Virus record (IMG/VR): IMGVR_UViG_3300050821_024084 | Span: 37,022-101,021 of that record | Strand: one strand, 5' to 3' | Origin: a virus | DNA: 64,000 bases | Shown: piece after piece, positions 7,590 to 16,784 of the stretch | How the letters are laid out: each line of letters opens with the position of its first letter | How positions within the stretch are numbered: the stretch's first letter is position 1 | The notes under the pieces: generated by a model | What the model saw: only the letters and a program-made list of their open reading frames with translations | Told to the model about the DNA's origin: nothing | Database searches by the model: none | Position numbers and translations under genes: made by a program

Positions 7590-8218
7590 TGACAGAACCA
7601 GGCTATGCGCACTACATCGGGCTGTTCGACCGGTCCGGATCCATGGACGGCATCCGGGAAGAAACCGAGAACGGCATCCGGGCGTTCTTCGATCAGCAGC
7701 GCGATCTTCCCGGCAAGGCGACGGTATCCGAATACCAGTTCGATTACGAGCCGGAGCTGATATGCAGCTTCGAGGACCTTCTCAATCTGCGACCCTACAA
7801 GCTCGCGCCGCGCGGCAGCACAGCGCTCCTGGACGCCATCGGCTACGTCCTGGATCATGAGGGACGCAAGCTGGAACTCCTGCCGGAAGAGATGCGACCC
7901 GAGCAGGTGTTCTTCCTCATCGCTACCGACGGGAAGAACAATTCCTCGCGCAACTTCGGGCTCACGGACATCCGGGCCAGGCTCCAGCATCAGCAGGACG
8001 TGTACAAGTGGGAAATCGTGTACATGGGCGCGAACGTGGACGCCTTCGAGGAGGGGAATGCCATGAGCATCCCGAGCACCAGCACGCTCCAGTACGCGAA
8101 CACCACGACAACGGAGGCATACAAGATGTCCGGCGGGGCGGTGCGACGCAGCCGGATCAGCGGACAGTCCGTCAGCTACACTCCGGAAGAACGCGAGCAG
8201 GCGAAGGGCGAGTCCTGA
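7589..8218 (+). CDS. von Willebrand factor A (VWA) domain protein
   Basis: MIDAS DRSGSM, RGSTALLDAIG, ATDG, YMGAN. Confidence 0.88.
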   Translation: MTEPGYAHYIGLFDRSGSMDGIREETENGIRAFFDQQRDLPGKATVSEYQFDYEPELICSFEDLLNLRPYKLAPRGSTALLDAIGYVLDHEGRKLELLPEEMRPEQVFFLIATDGKNNSSRNFGLTDIRARLQHQQDVYKWEIVYMGANVDAFEEGNAMSIPSTSTLQYANTTTTEAYKMSGGAVRRSRISGQSVSYTPEEREQAKGES

Positions 8219-8325
8219 TCCGCCCCTACGTCGAATGGCCACGCGCAGTAATCGACGGACGACGGATCCGCCGGGTGGAAGATGTCGATCTTGCACCCGG
8301 CGGTCCGCTTGCAGAAGGGACTACG

Positions 8326-9207
8326 ATGAAACTGAATCAGCCAGGGACCCGCGCGGGACGCGGACCTCTGGCAACGGAAACCGTCAGCTCAGTCAAGACG
8401 CACGAAGACGGCACCGGCTATCAGCGCGATGAGCGCTCGCAGCTGTTCCTGCTCGCCACCACGACGTTCGCAGGCGAGGGCAGCTTCTACGAGAGCGCTG
8501 CCGTCAGCGACGAGCGACTCAAGACCCTGACGCGCACGCTCGCGATCACGACGGACGGCTGGACGTGGCTCTGCGGATTCCTGCCGTGGCTGCGGAGCGA
8601 CGGCAGCATCCGGACTGCATCGCTGATCTGCGCCGCCGAGGCGGTAGCGGCCCGGATCGCGGAACGGAAGCGTCTGCTTCGTGGGGAACCTGCGACCGGA
8701 AGCTACGAGATTCTCGACACGCAGGGTCCGCCCCTGACGCACCGGCAGCTGATCGCAGTCGTCTGCCAGCGCGCCGACGAGCCCTGCGAGATGCTGGCTT
8801 ATGCGCTGGGGGTCTGGGGGCGCGCGCTGCCGCTGCCGGTCAAGCGAGGCATCGCTGATGCAGCGGTGCGGCTGTGGAACGAGGCTGCCGCGCTGCGCTG
8901 GGACAAGCCGGGGAACGCGGTGCGCTTTGCCGACGTACTGGAGCTCTGTCACCCCCGGACCGGAGCAGACTGGCAGAATGTCATGTTCCGGGATCTGATC
9001 ACGGAACGCAAGGGCCGGGACGACTACGAGCCGGACCGGCTGCTCCGCAAGGTGCGAGCACGCTGGCTGCTCAACCAGCAGCAGCCCGCCGGACGACACG
9101 CCATCGCGCGGCACGCGCTGGACGGCGACATGCAGGACCGGAAGCTCATCGACGACGCGGCAGTCGGTCAATGGGAATGGACACGAAGCTGGCTGGGTGA
9201 AAGGTGA
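8326..9207 (+). CDS. rsr: Ro60/TROVE protein, N-terminal part
   Basis: THEDGTGYQRDERSQLFLLA, FYES, QRADEP, PVKRGIADA, RFADVLELCHP are typical of actinobacterial TROVE. Confidence 0.88.
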   Translation: MKLNQPGTRAGRGPLATETVSSVKTHEDGTGYQRDERSQLFLLATTTFAGEGSFYESAAVSDERLKTLTRTLAITTDGWTWLCGFLPWLRSDGSIRTASLICAAEAVAARIAERKRLLRGEPATGSYEILDTQGPPLTHRQLIAVVCQRADEPCEMLAYALGVWGRALPLPVKRGIADAAVRLWNEAAALRWDKPGNAVRFADVLELCHPRTGADWQNVMFRDLITERKGRDDYEPDRLLRKVRARWLLNQQQPAGRHAIARHALDGDMQDRKLIDDAAVGQWEWTRSWLGER

Positions 9208-10183
9208 CATGGAACCAGATCGCCCCCCGGAGCTGATTGAAGGGCCGGGGGTGCAGGGGGAGCCGAAGGAGCTGCGCTCTGCCCTGCGCCTGACTCCTGC
9301 CGAGCAATGGCAGCTCATGATCCCGCAGATGGGCTACATGGCGCTACTGAGACAGCTGCGCGCGTTCGACAAGGCCGGAATCCCGGAATCCGTCGCGAAC
9401 AAGGTCGCGCAGCGGATTGCCGATCCCGCGCAGGTCGCACGCTCGCGACAGCTGCCGTTCCGGTTCTACTCGGCGTACATCAACGCGCCGTCGCTCCGCT
9501 GGGGGCAGGCACTGGAGCAGGCTCTCCAGGCGTGTCTCCCGAATGTCCCCGAGCTGCCCGGCCGGACGCTGATCCTGATCGACACCTCCGGCTCGATGGA
9601 GAGCTTCCTCTCCGAGCGACCCGACTCCCGGCCCCGACGGGGGAAGGGCCGCCGGGGCGGCAGCCCGGACGAGCCGCCGCCCGTCCGGCCGATGCGCGTC
9701 CAGGCAGCCGCTCTGCTCGGGCTGGCGCTCGCGCTGAAGAACCCGGAAGCTGTAGATGTCTGGGGTTTCGCTGACGGGCAGTTCCGGGTCACGGGCATCG
9801 GGCCGGGTCAGTCCCTGCTCAAGGCGGTGGAGGCGTTCAGCCGGTGCACCGGCAACGTCGGGCATGGTACGCAGATCGCGCTGGCGGCCCGGATGTGCTA
9901 CGGCGCGCACGACCGGGTGTGCATCTTCACGGACATGCAGACCTTCGGGCCGGGCGGAGGATTCGGCTTCTACAGCTCCTACGGCGTCGGGGATGTCAGC
10001 GCGGCGGTGCCTGCGCGGGTGCCGGTCTACGCCTTCAACCTGGCGGGCTACGAGGCGTCGGCTATGCCCGTCGGCGGGGGCAACCGTCACGAGCTGGGCG
10101 GTCTCTCGGACGCGACGTTCACAATGATCCCGGTTATCGAGGCCGGGCGCTCGGCGCGCTGGCCGTGGGAACAAGCAGCATGA
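9197..10183 (+). CDS. rsr: Ro60/TROVE protein, C-terminal part including VWA domain
   Basis: IPQMGYMALLRQLR, RSRQLPFRFYSAY, TLILIDTSGSM, FTDMQ, FNLAGY, GGLSDA. Confidence 0.88.
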   Translation: MKGDMEPDRPPELIEGPGVQGEPKELRSALRLTPAEQWQLMIPQMGYMALLRQLRAFDKAGIPESVANKVAQRIADPAQVARSRQLPFRFYSAYINAPSLRWGQALEQALQACLPNVPELPGRTLILIDTSGSMESFLSERPDSRPRRGKGRRGGSPDEPPPVRPMRVQAAALLGLALALKNPEAVDVWGFADGQFRVTGIGPGQSLLKAVEAFSRCTGNVGHGTQIALAARMCYGAHDRVCIFTDMQTFGPGGGFGFYSSYGVGDVSAAVPARVPVYAFNLAGYEASAMPVGGGNRHELGGLSDATFTMIPVIEAGRSARWPWEQAA

Positions 10184-10228
10184 CGCGCGGGGACCGCTAT
10201 ACTGTAAGCAGCATGCGGTCCCCGCATT

Positions 10229-10507
10229 ATGAGGAGGAAAGCAGTGATCCAGGACATCGAGACCACCCCGCTGCGCGGCAGGCGCGTGATCTGGACCGGC
10301 AGCAATCAGGATGAGATGCGCGAGGTGGCGGGCTACCGGTTCCAGGGCGTGTGGGAGTCCATGGCACTTGTTGCCAGCATGGCAGGCGATACTACGCATC
10401 TGCCCGTCGGCTGGGCGGTGCAGGTCTTCGAGAACGGCAACTGGGTCTCCGGGCCGGAAGTCACGCTGAGCGCTTACACGCAGCTGCGCGTCCCGCAGGA
10501 CGCATGA
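10229..10507 (+). CDS. Hypothetical protein
   Basis: GAGGAGG RBS favours a GTG start near 10244. Confidence 0.5.
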   Translation: MRRKAVIQDIETTPLRGRRVIWTGSNQDEMREVAGYRFQGVWESMALVASMAGDTTHLPVGWAVQVFENGNWVSGPEVTLSAYTQLRVPQDA

Positions 10508-10529
10508 CCGGCACTCAGGAAGGAACCGA

Positions 10530-11021
10530 ATGAAAGACGCTAACACGGCGGTGGTGCTCGATCTGGATAGCACGCTTGCCGACGTCCGGCACCGACGTGG
10601 TCTGCTGCCGCTCGTGAATCCGGCGAGCACCTGGGAGGAGTACTCGCTCGCCTGCGACGGCGACAGCCCGATCCCGGAAACATTCGCCCTGATGAACGCG
10701 CTGTGGCCGCTGCATCAGATCCACATCATCAGCGGGCGGCACGAGATCGCGATGGACAAGACGGTGCGCTGGCTGGCGCACTGCCGGGGCCGGTACGACT
10801 TCCTCCAGCTGCGCACCGACGGTGGTCAGGGGGGATGGACCGCCAACGGCCGGTTCAAGGTCGACTACATCTCGCAGCTGGAAGATTCCGGCGTGCGTGT
10901 CCTGCTGTACGTGGAGGACTACCCGGATGTTGTCCAGCAGGTCCGGGTCGAATGCGAGATCCCGGTCCTGCATGTCCGCACGGCCAGTGCGGAGGACAAC
11001 ATCCCAGATCCGGGCCGGTGA
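10530..11021 (+). CDS. HAD phosphatase, polynucleotide kinase 3'-phosphatase (PseT C-terminal)-like
   Basis: DLDSTLAD, ISGR, K, YVED motifs. Confidence 0.8.
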   Translation: MKDANTAVVLDLDSTLADVRHRRGLLPLVNPASTWEEYSLACDGDSPIPETFALMNALWPLHQIHIISGRHEIAMDKTVRWLAHCRGRYDFLQLRTDGGQGGWTANGRFKVDYISQLEDSGVRVLLYVEDYPDVVQQVRVECEIPVLHVRTASAEDNIPDPGR

Positions 11022-11024
11022 CGC

Positions 11025-11387
11025 GTGATCTGGTGCTTTCTCTCGGTGCTCCAGGTGGGTGTCTACGGCTGGTTTGCGCGCTGCCAGATGCAGGATCCGG
11101 GAAGCTATCGAGCGTGGGTGGCTGACGGGGCAGCGTCGATTGTGACGCTGGGAACCGGGGTTGCTCTCAGTACCACCGGTTACCCCCTGCTGCGTGTCTA
11201 CGGCGCAGGGATGGCCTTGTTCGCGATATTCCTGCTCAGGCGCTGGTGGAAAAAGCGCCCGCCGCGTCAGCGCACGGGCGCTGGCGCTCTGCTCGGCGCG
11301 AAGTCTCGCGCGATGCGCGAGGCCGTGCTTCGCAAGATGCGTGAGGCCGGGGACGGTCTGCGACGGCCCCTGCCGGTGCCCGCGTGA
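11025..11387 (+). CDS. Membrane protein
   Basis: Three hydrophobic segments and a basic tail. Confidence 0.55.
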   Translation: MIWCFLSVLQVGVYGWFARCQMQDPGSYRAWVADGAASIVTLGTGVALSTTGYPLLRVYGAGMALFAIFLLRRWWKKRPPRQRTGAGALLGAKSRAMREAVLRKMREAGDGLRRPLPVPA

Positions 11388-11716
11388 GCGCGGCGGCTAC
11401 CGGTCTGCTCGCGCTCATTGCATGCCTGACGCTTCGCTACGGCCTGAACCTGATCCTGTCTCGCAGGGAGCTGCGCAGACGCGTGCTGGATCTGTGCGAT
11501 GCGGTGGTGCGGGGCCTGAATGACAGGGAGAATCCAGACGGGGCGCCCGTGCAGGGCGTGACGCATGTGGTCAAGACCAGGACCCGGCCTGCCTACTGGA
11601 TAGCCGTCCGCGCGGCACGCGGACGTCCCGTGCATGTCTGGGGCGGCTGGACCTGGCATGCAGATGTAACACGCATCACGCCGGACGTCGTGCAGAAGAG
11701 AAAGCGAGTGCTATAG
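11384..11716 (+). CDS. Hypothetical protein with N-terminal TM segment
   Basis: GTGA overlap. Confidence 0.45.
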   Translation: MSAAATGLLALIACLTLRYGLNLILSRRELRRRVLDLCDAVVRGLNDRENPDGAPVQGVTHVVKTRTRPAYWIAVRAARGRPVHVWGGWTWHADVTRITPDVVQKRKRVL

Positions 11717-11723
11717 TAACCAC

Positions 11724-12338
11724 GTGACGGATGATCTGCACGCGCAGCTCGCGGACTGCATTACGCAGATCATTCCTGTCGTCCGGCAGCTTCAGATGGC
11801 TATGCTGCGTACCTCCGTCCCCGCCGGGACGGGGGTGCGCGTGCATGCGGGGACTGGCAGCCGACCCCCCTGGAATGGCGCGGCGGCTCTGACCGTGCTC
11901 GAATTGCATGCGCTGGTCCGCGCCCTGGAAAAGGAGCTGCGCGACGCACGCGGACTGTCCGCGCGTCTGCGCGGCAGCAGCGACGCGAATACCGAGGCGG
12001 CCCTGAACGCCATTCCTGATCTGCTGACCGCGCTGCCCGTCCCGGAGGGAGCGCGCGTGCTGCGCGTGCTGACACGCTGGCTGCGCGGCGCACGGACCGT
12101 CCTGGGGGATCTGGAGCTGCCGCGCCGGCTGCCGCGTGTCAAGGGCGCAGGTGAGCCGCGCTGTCCGTTCTGCACATTCCAGACTCTGCGGATGTGGGCG
12201 CTGGAAGGCATTGTCCGATGCTTGAATCCGGTGTGCACGGATGCAGAAGGGCGGCATCCCGTGGCGAGAATGGAATTCAGCTCCTTTACCGGGGAGCTGG
12301 AGCTTATCTGGCAAGATGGAGGGGTAGGACTGTCATGA
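11724..12338 (+). CDS. Conserved prophage protein with C-terminal Zn finger
   Basis: GSRPPW and CPFC...CLNPVC; leaderless extended -10 upstream. Confidence 0.65.
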   Translation: MTDDLHAQLADCITQIIPVVRQLQMAMLRTSVPAGTGVRVHAGTGSRPPWNGAAALTVLELHALVRALEKELRDARGLSARLRGSSDANTEAALNAIPDLLTALPVPEGARVLRVLTRWLRGARTVLGDLELPRRLPRVKGAGEPRCPFCTFQTLRMWALEGIVRCLNPVCTDAEGRHPVARMEFSSFTGELELIWQDGGVGLS

Positions 12339-12571
12339 GAACCTTCCGGGGCTACCGGCCCGCCCCGCCGGAGGAGTACACGGCGAAAGGCATCACCAAT
12401 AATGGCGAGATGCCCGACTACGAAGGCATCATGTTCAGCGACGGGACGCTGTGCGTGCGCTGGCTGACGCAGTACCGGTCGCATTCAGTGTGGGAGAGCT
12501 GGGAAGCGTTCTACCATGTGCACGGGCATCCCGAGTACGGGACCCGGATCGAGTGGGACCGTGAGCGCTGA
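12335..12571 (+). CDS. Conserved small actinophage protein
   Basis: EGIMFSDGTLCVRWLT...HGHPEYGTRIEW. Confidence 0.65.
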   Translation: MRTFRGYRPAPPEEYTAKGITNNGEMPDYEGIMFSDGTLCVRWLTQYRSHSVWESWEAFYHVHGHPEYGTRIEWDRER

Positions 12572-12573
12572 TC

Positions 12574-12825
12574 GTGAGCTGGTCCGGATGCGAGCTGCCG
12601 CTGATTGACGGCGACTGGCAGGGACTCTGGACCACAGCCGAGGCGGCGGCGCTGCTGGGGCCGCCCGTGCTGACCGAGCGTCAGGTCCGGGAGATGGTCC
12701 GTCAGCAGGGGGTGCGTCCCGCCGGACGCCGGAAAGACAGCGGAGCGTCCCGGCGCTACCTGCGCGTCTACCGGGTACCGGAGCTTATCCGCGCCTACGA
12801 CGCGTTGGCGACGCCCGCCGCGTAG
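12574..12825 (+). CDS. HTH DNA-binding protein
   Basis: WTTAEAAALLG..TERQVREMVR pattern. Confidence 0.6.
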   Translation: MSWSGCELPLIDGDWQGLWTTAEAAALLGPPVLTERQVREMVRQQGVRPAGRRKDSGASRRYLRVYRVPELIRAYDALATPAA

Positions 12826-13085
12826 CCAACCGGTCAGCCTCGCAAGAAGCGAGGCTGCTACCTGCGGAAACAATAATTTTTTGCGTTTTGCTGCGGCGCG
12901 GTTGCTACCGCTGTAAAGTACGTGGCATACTAATGCCAACGGGCGAGCTGTCTTTGCTGCCGGGTTGGCGTTAGTGCCAGGCCCCGGCCGCAGCGCATCT
13001 GCCCTGACCCTGCCGACAGCAGCGGAACTCCCGGGACGCAGAAGTTCCCGCGCAGCGCGCGGGAACTGACCAGGAGCATCCACGG

Positions 13086-13802
13086 ATGTCGGTACTGCGT
13101 GTTTCCAGCGTGACGGCCGGCCTCGCCAGCATCCTCATGATGGCGATGGCATTCGCAAGTTCTCCGGCTCACGCAAGCGTCCGGCCACAGACTGCGGTGC
13201 ACACCACGACCCTGGACGTCCAGGGGGTGCAGCGCGACCGGACGAGCTTGTCAGCAGGTCCGCATGTGAAAATCGTCGTCAGCGGTAACACGCTGAGCGG
13301 CATCGCTGAGCAGAAGTACGGCAATCCGGCCTGCTGGCCGGGTGTCTACGATGCGAACAAGAAGACGATCGGGTCCGACCCGGACGTCATCACCGTCGGG
13401 GAGCGGCTGACCCTGCCCGCTGCCTGCGACACCACCCCGCCCGTTGAGGTGACCGCCGTCGTGAAGAAGACGGTCCCGGTGCACAGCGGCGCGACGGAGA
13501 CTGTATCTGCGGCCAGGAGCGGCAGCTTCTACGCAGACGTCCTGACCAGAAGCCAGGTCGAGGCGCTGTGGGAGGACGAGGGCGGTCCGGCCGGTGATGC
13601 GGTCGAGGCGGCGGATATCGCCTACTGCGAGTCCGGCTGGAACCGGTTCGCTTACAATCCCTCGGGAGCGACGGGCATCTGGCAGATCCTGGGCGCTGTC
13701 GCACCCGGGAACCTGACCGACCCGTACGTCAACGCCCGGAATGCAGTCGTGAAATTCGACAATGCCGGGCATTCCTTCGCGCCATGGGTGTGCAAGGCGT
13801 AA
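13086..13802 (+). CDS. Secreted LysM + lytic transglycosylase (SLT/Rpf-like) protein
   Basis: Signal peptide; LysM (SGNTLSGIA...ITVGERLTLP); catalytic CESG and GATGIWQI. Confidence 0.85.
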   Translation: MSVLRVSSVTAGLASILMMAMAFASSPAHASVRPQTAVHTTTLDVQGVQRDRTSLSAGPHVKIVVSGNTLSGIAEQKYGNPACWPGVYDANKKTIGSDPDVITVGERLTLPAACDTTPPVEVTAVVKKTVPVHSGATETVSAARSGSFYADVLTRSQVEALWEDEGGPAGDAVEAADIAYCESGWNRFAYNPSGATGIWQILGAVAPGNLTDPYVNARNAVVKFDNAGHSFAPWVCKA

Positions 13803-13894
13803 CAGGGTTACGCTCGCAGGGCGAGCGCACCTGGTACAACTGAATACGCCGCACACCCTCGCAGGACCCGGTACTCTGTGCCGGGTCCTGTGCT

Positions 13895-14596
13895 ATGCTC
13901 AGGAACGTGGATAAGATCGAGCGCGTGAAAATCACCCGGCTGAAGCCATTCCCGGGTAATCCCCGCCGGGGGAACACGGAGGCGATCGCCGCCTCCTTGC
14001 AAGAGCACGGCCTGTACAAGCCGCTCATCGCGCAGCGCAGCACCGGGCACGTGATGGTCGGGAACAACACGCTGGACGCCGCGCAGCAGCTCGGCTGGAC
14101 CGAGATCGACGTCATCTACAAGGACGTCGACGATGACCGGGCGCAGCGCATCATGCTGGTGGACAACAAGACCAGCGACGAGGCCGACTACGACATGGTG
14201 CTGCTGTCAGTCCTCATAGACGCGCTGGAAAATGACTACACCGGCACCGGGTACGACCCGGAAGAAGCCGAGCAGCTCATCGCCCTGCGGCATGCGCTGG
14301 CAGCCGACGGGGAAGCCGCCGATGAGCTGATCGAGCTGACCGAGGTTCCCGCGACTGGCGCGGCCTACGCCGAGACCCCGTATCAGGAAGCCGCCCGTGC
14401 CGAGCGGCAGGCCCAGCAGACCCCCCGGCAGATCGCCGGGATGCGCGAGATCTTCCTGGTGTACCCGGAAGATGAGCACCGGGAGGTCACGGAGCTGCTA
14501 GCTCAGCTCCGGGAGGCGTGGGGGGAGGACATCCGCGCGCCGCAGATGGTGCTCCGGCTGCTGCGAGAAGCTGTCGCAGCCCTGGCTGTGCGGTAA
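13895..14596 (+). CDS. ParB/Srx N-terminal domain protein (may start leaderless at GTG 13907)
   Basis: LKPFPGNPRRGN, SLQEHG..PLI, GNNT, LVDNKTS. Confidence 0.85.
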   Translation: MLRNVDKIERVKITRLKPFPGNPRRGNTEAIAASLQEHGLYKPLIAQRSTGHVMVGNNTLDAAQQLGWTEIDVIYKDVDDDRAQRIMLVDNKTSDEADYDMVLLSVLIDALENDYTGTGYDPEEAEQLIALRHALAADGEAADELIELTEVPATGAAYAETPYQEAARAERQAQQTPRQIAGMREIFLVYPEDEHREVTELLAQLREAWGEDIRAPQMVLRLLREAVAALAVR

Positions 14597-14606
14597 GCTG
14601 GGGACC

Positions 14607-15515
14607 ATGCAACTAGGAATGCAGGTCAGCGAGCTGTGGGACGACTACGTCCGGTTTCACCGGCTCGCTCTGGAAACTCGTGACGTGGATCCCGTCTACC
14701 CGGTGCTCCGCCGGATATGTGACACCCAGGACTGGAGCACCGAGAAACGCGTTCAGGCGGTGCTCGCGCATGTCACGTACTACGATCTCGGCTCCGCGCT
14801 GCTGGCGCTGGAGACCGGCGACTGGCGCAAGCGCCCGATGGGCACGGAGCGTCGCAATCTGTTCCCGGACGAGCAGCTGGGCAAGCACCTGATCTCGACA
14901 GAGAAGGAAGTCGTTTTCTACGGCGGATACGTGCGCTGGCTCGGGGACGATCTGTCCGGCACGGACCGTCAGGGCAACTGGCGCATCGTCACCGAGCGGC
15001 TGCTGCGCGTGCACGGCAACGGTCGATGGGCCGCGTACAAGACATGCGAGATGCTCGCGGAGATCGCGGATTTCCCGCTCGACGCCCCGGACATGGGGCA
15101 TGCCTACTCCACCGGTCCCCGGCAGGGCCTGAATCTGCTGTATCCCGCTGCGCGTCTGGTACGCGGCATGCGCCCGGACGCCATCAGCGCGCTGGACGCC
15201 TACAGTACCCGGCTGTGCGCCCGGCTGGAAGATGCGGGACTCCCGGCGCGCATCGCCCAGACCGAGACCACGCTCTGCGACTTCCACGGTCTGGTAACAG
15301 GCCGGTACTACGTCGGGCATGACATTGATCTCATGCAGAAACAGCTCCTGAAGGCGGGGGAGGCCGGGGGGGATCTGGTGGAAGCAGCCTGGCGCGCACG
15401 GCTGGCGGTACTGCCGGCGAGCTACCTGGGGGAGGTAGGCCGTCGCTGGGAGGGACCGGACCGGCTGCGCAAGCTGGCGTACCGGCGCACGGGGGAGATC
15501 CTCACGCGTGACTGA
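14607..15515 (+). CDS. Amino acid:DNA transferase (aGPT-PPlase clade 2 / AADT)
   Basis: DVDPVY, GRWAAYK, GPRQGL, ETTLCDF, YYVGHDID motifs; kinase and TET in the same cluster. Confidence 0.8.
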   Translation: MQLGMQVSELWDDYVRFHRLALETRDVDPVYPVLRRICDTQDWSTEKRVQAVLAHVTYYDLGSALLALETGDWRKRPMGTERRNLFPDEQLGKHLISTEKEVVFYGGYVRWLGDDLSGTDRQGNWRIVTERLLRVHGNGRWAAYKTCEMLAEIADFPLDAPDMGHAYSTGPRQGLNLLYPAARLVRGMRPDAISALDAYSTRLCARLEDAGLPARIAQTETTLCDFHGLVTGRYYVGHDIDLMQKQLLKAGEAGGDLVEAAWRARLAVLPASYLGEVGRRWEGPDRLRKLAYRRTGEILTRD

Positions 15516-16383
15516 CGGCTGGACATACGGCGTCGAGCTGGAGTGGCCGGATGTTGACGTCCGGACGGAGCTGCCGGACGAATGGGCGTGGTCAGCCACG
15601 GACTACACCGTGGTCAGTTCCGACGGCATAGCGAACGATCCTAAACGCGAGCTGATCCTGCACGGCGGGGAGCTGAACTCCCCGGTGTGCCGGTCGCCGG
15701 AAGAACTGAGCGAGCGCAGCCTGGAGCTGGCCGAGCTGCTCCGGCCGGGCCGGAACTACCGCTCCAATCTGCATATCCACCTTGCGATGCCGGAGCTGGA
15801 GAACCTGGAGCTGCTCAAGCAAGCAGCGGATTTCACCTGGCGTGAGCTGCCGCGCACGCTGGAGGTCATGGATCCGCTGCGGATGCTGCTCAACGGCCTG
15901 ACTGATACTGATGAGATTGCCGGAGCGGAGAAGCGGATGGCGCATTCTGCGCGGTCCCGGCACTACTTCACCAGCCGGACGCGTCACCTGATGCGGATGC
16001 AGGCCCGGTCGCGAGAGGAATTCCTCCGGGCGGAAGTGCCGCTGCGCAAGCGCGACGGTGCGCCGCAGTGGCAGCTCGCCCCGCGCGAGGCGGTGAACTT
16101 CCGGTCGCTGCGCAAGCACGGGACCGTGGAGTTCCGGTTCTTTGCCGGGGATGACCGGGGCCACGGCGTGCGGGCAGCGGCGAGCTTCGCGCGGGACTGG
16201 ATGCGCTGCGCCTGCGAGGACAATAAGGGCTTCGAGGTGCCGTACTGGGATGAGCTGCCGGTGCAGCTCCCGTTCGAGCTGCGGCTTGAGCGGGGCTGGG
16301 CCTGGACCAATCTCCAGCACAATTCGCGTGACACGGTTCGACAGCGCCTGGCTGATATGGGTAAGCTGGATGCATGTACGTGA
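15508..16383 (+). CDS. Putative amidoligase (carboxylate-amine ligase)
   Basis: YGVELE, ELNSP, NLHIH, AVNF..L..HGTVEFR. Confidence 0.8.
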   Translation: MTDGWTYGVELEWPDVDVRTELPDEWAWSATDYTVVSSDGIANDPKRELILHGGELNSPVCRSPEELSERSLELAELLRPGRNYRSNLHIHLAMPELENLELLKQAADFTWRELPRTLEVMDPLRMLLNGLTDTDEIAGAEKRMAHSARSRHYFTSRTRHLMRMQARSREEFLRAEVPLRKRDGAPQWQLAPREAVNFRSLRKHGTVEFRFFAGDDRGHGVRAAASFARDWMRCACEDNKGFEVPYWDELPVQLPFELRLERGWAWTNLQHNSRDTVRQRLADMGKLDACT

Positions 16384-16784
16384 TGGTCGTCTGCGCCGGG
16401 AATGTCGCTCGCAGTCCTGCGCTGGCCTGCCTGCTCCAGGCGTCCCGGGCGGATCTGCGAGTGGAATCAGCTGGCGTCGGCCGCAAGGCTGTTGCCGGCC
16501 TGCGGATGAAGAAGCCGATGCGCGGGCTGCTCACGCAGGCGGGCTACGCGGAATTCGCGCAGGCGCATCGCAGTCGGCTGATAGCCGATCTGCCAGAGCG
16601 CCCGGATCTGTGTATCGCGGTCGGTGTCCCGCAGATGCGACGCCTGGAAGAGCTGCTGCCGGACGTGCCCCGGCAGGCGTGCGATCCGCTGATTCCTGAC
16701 CCGGCCTACGGAGATCAGGTCTCCTACGACCGGGCCTGGACGTGTATCCTGGAGAACGCCGCCCGGCTGGCGGTGGCCCTGTGA
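16374..16784 (+). CDS. LMW protein-tyrosine phosphatase/ArsC-like protein
   Basis: VCAGNVARS (CX5R), VESAG, IPDP. Confidence 0.82.
   Translation: MYVMVVCAGNVARSPALACLLQASRADLRVESAGVGRKAVAGLRMKKPMRGLLTQAGYAEFAQAHRSRLIADLPERPDLCIAVGVPQMRRLEELLPDVPRQACDPLIPDPAYGDQVSYDRAWTCILENAARLAVAL

Noticed and set aside
12960-13085. c-di-AMP (ydaO) riboswitch
   Set aside because: The conserved ydaO segments could not be matched by eye; kept only as an unassigned structured leader.
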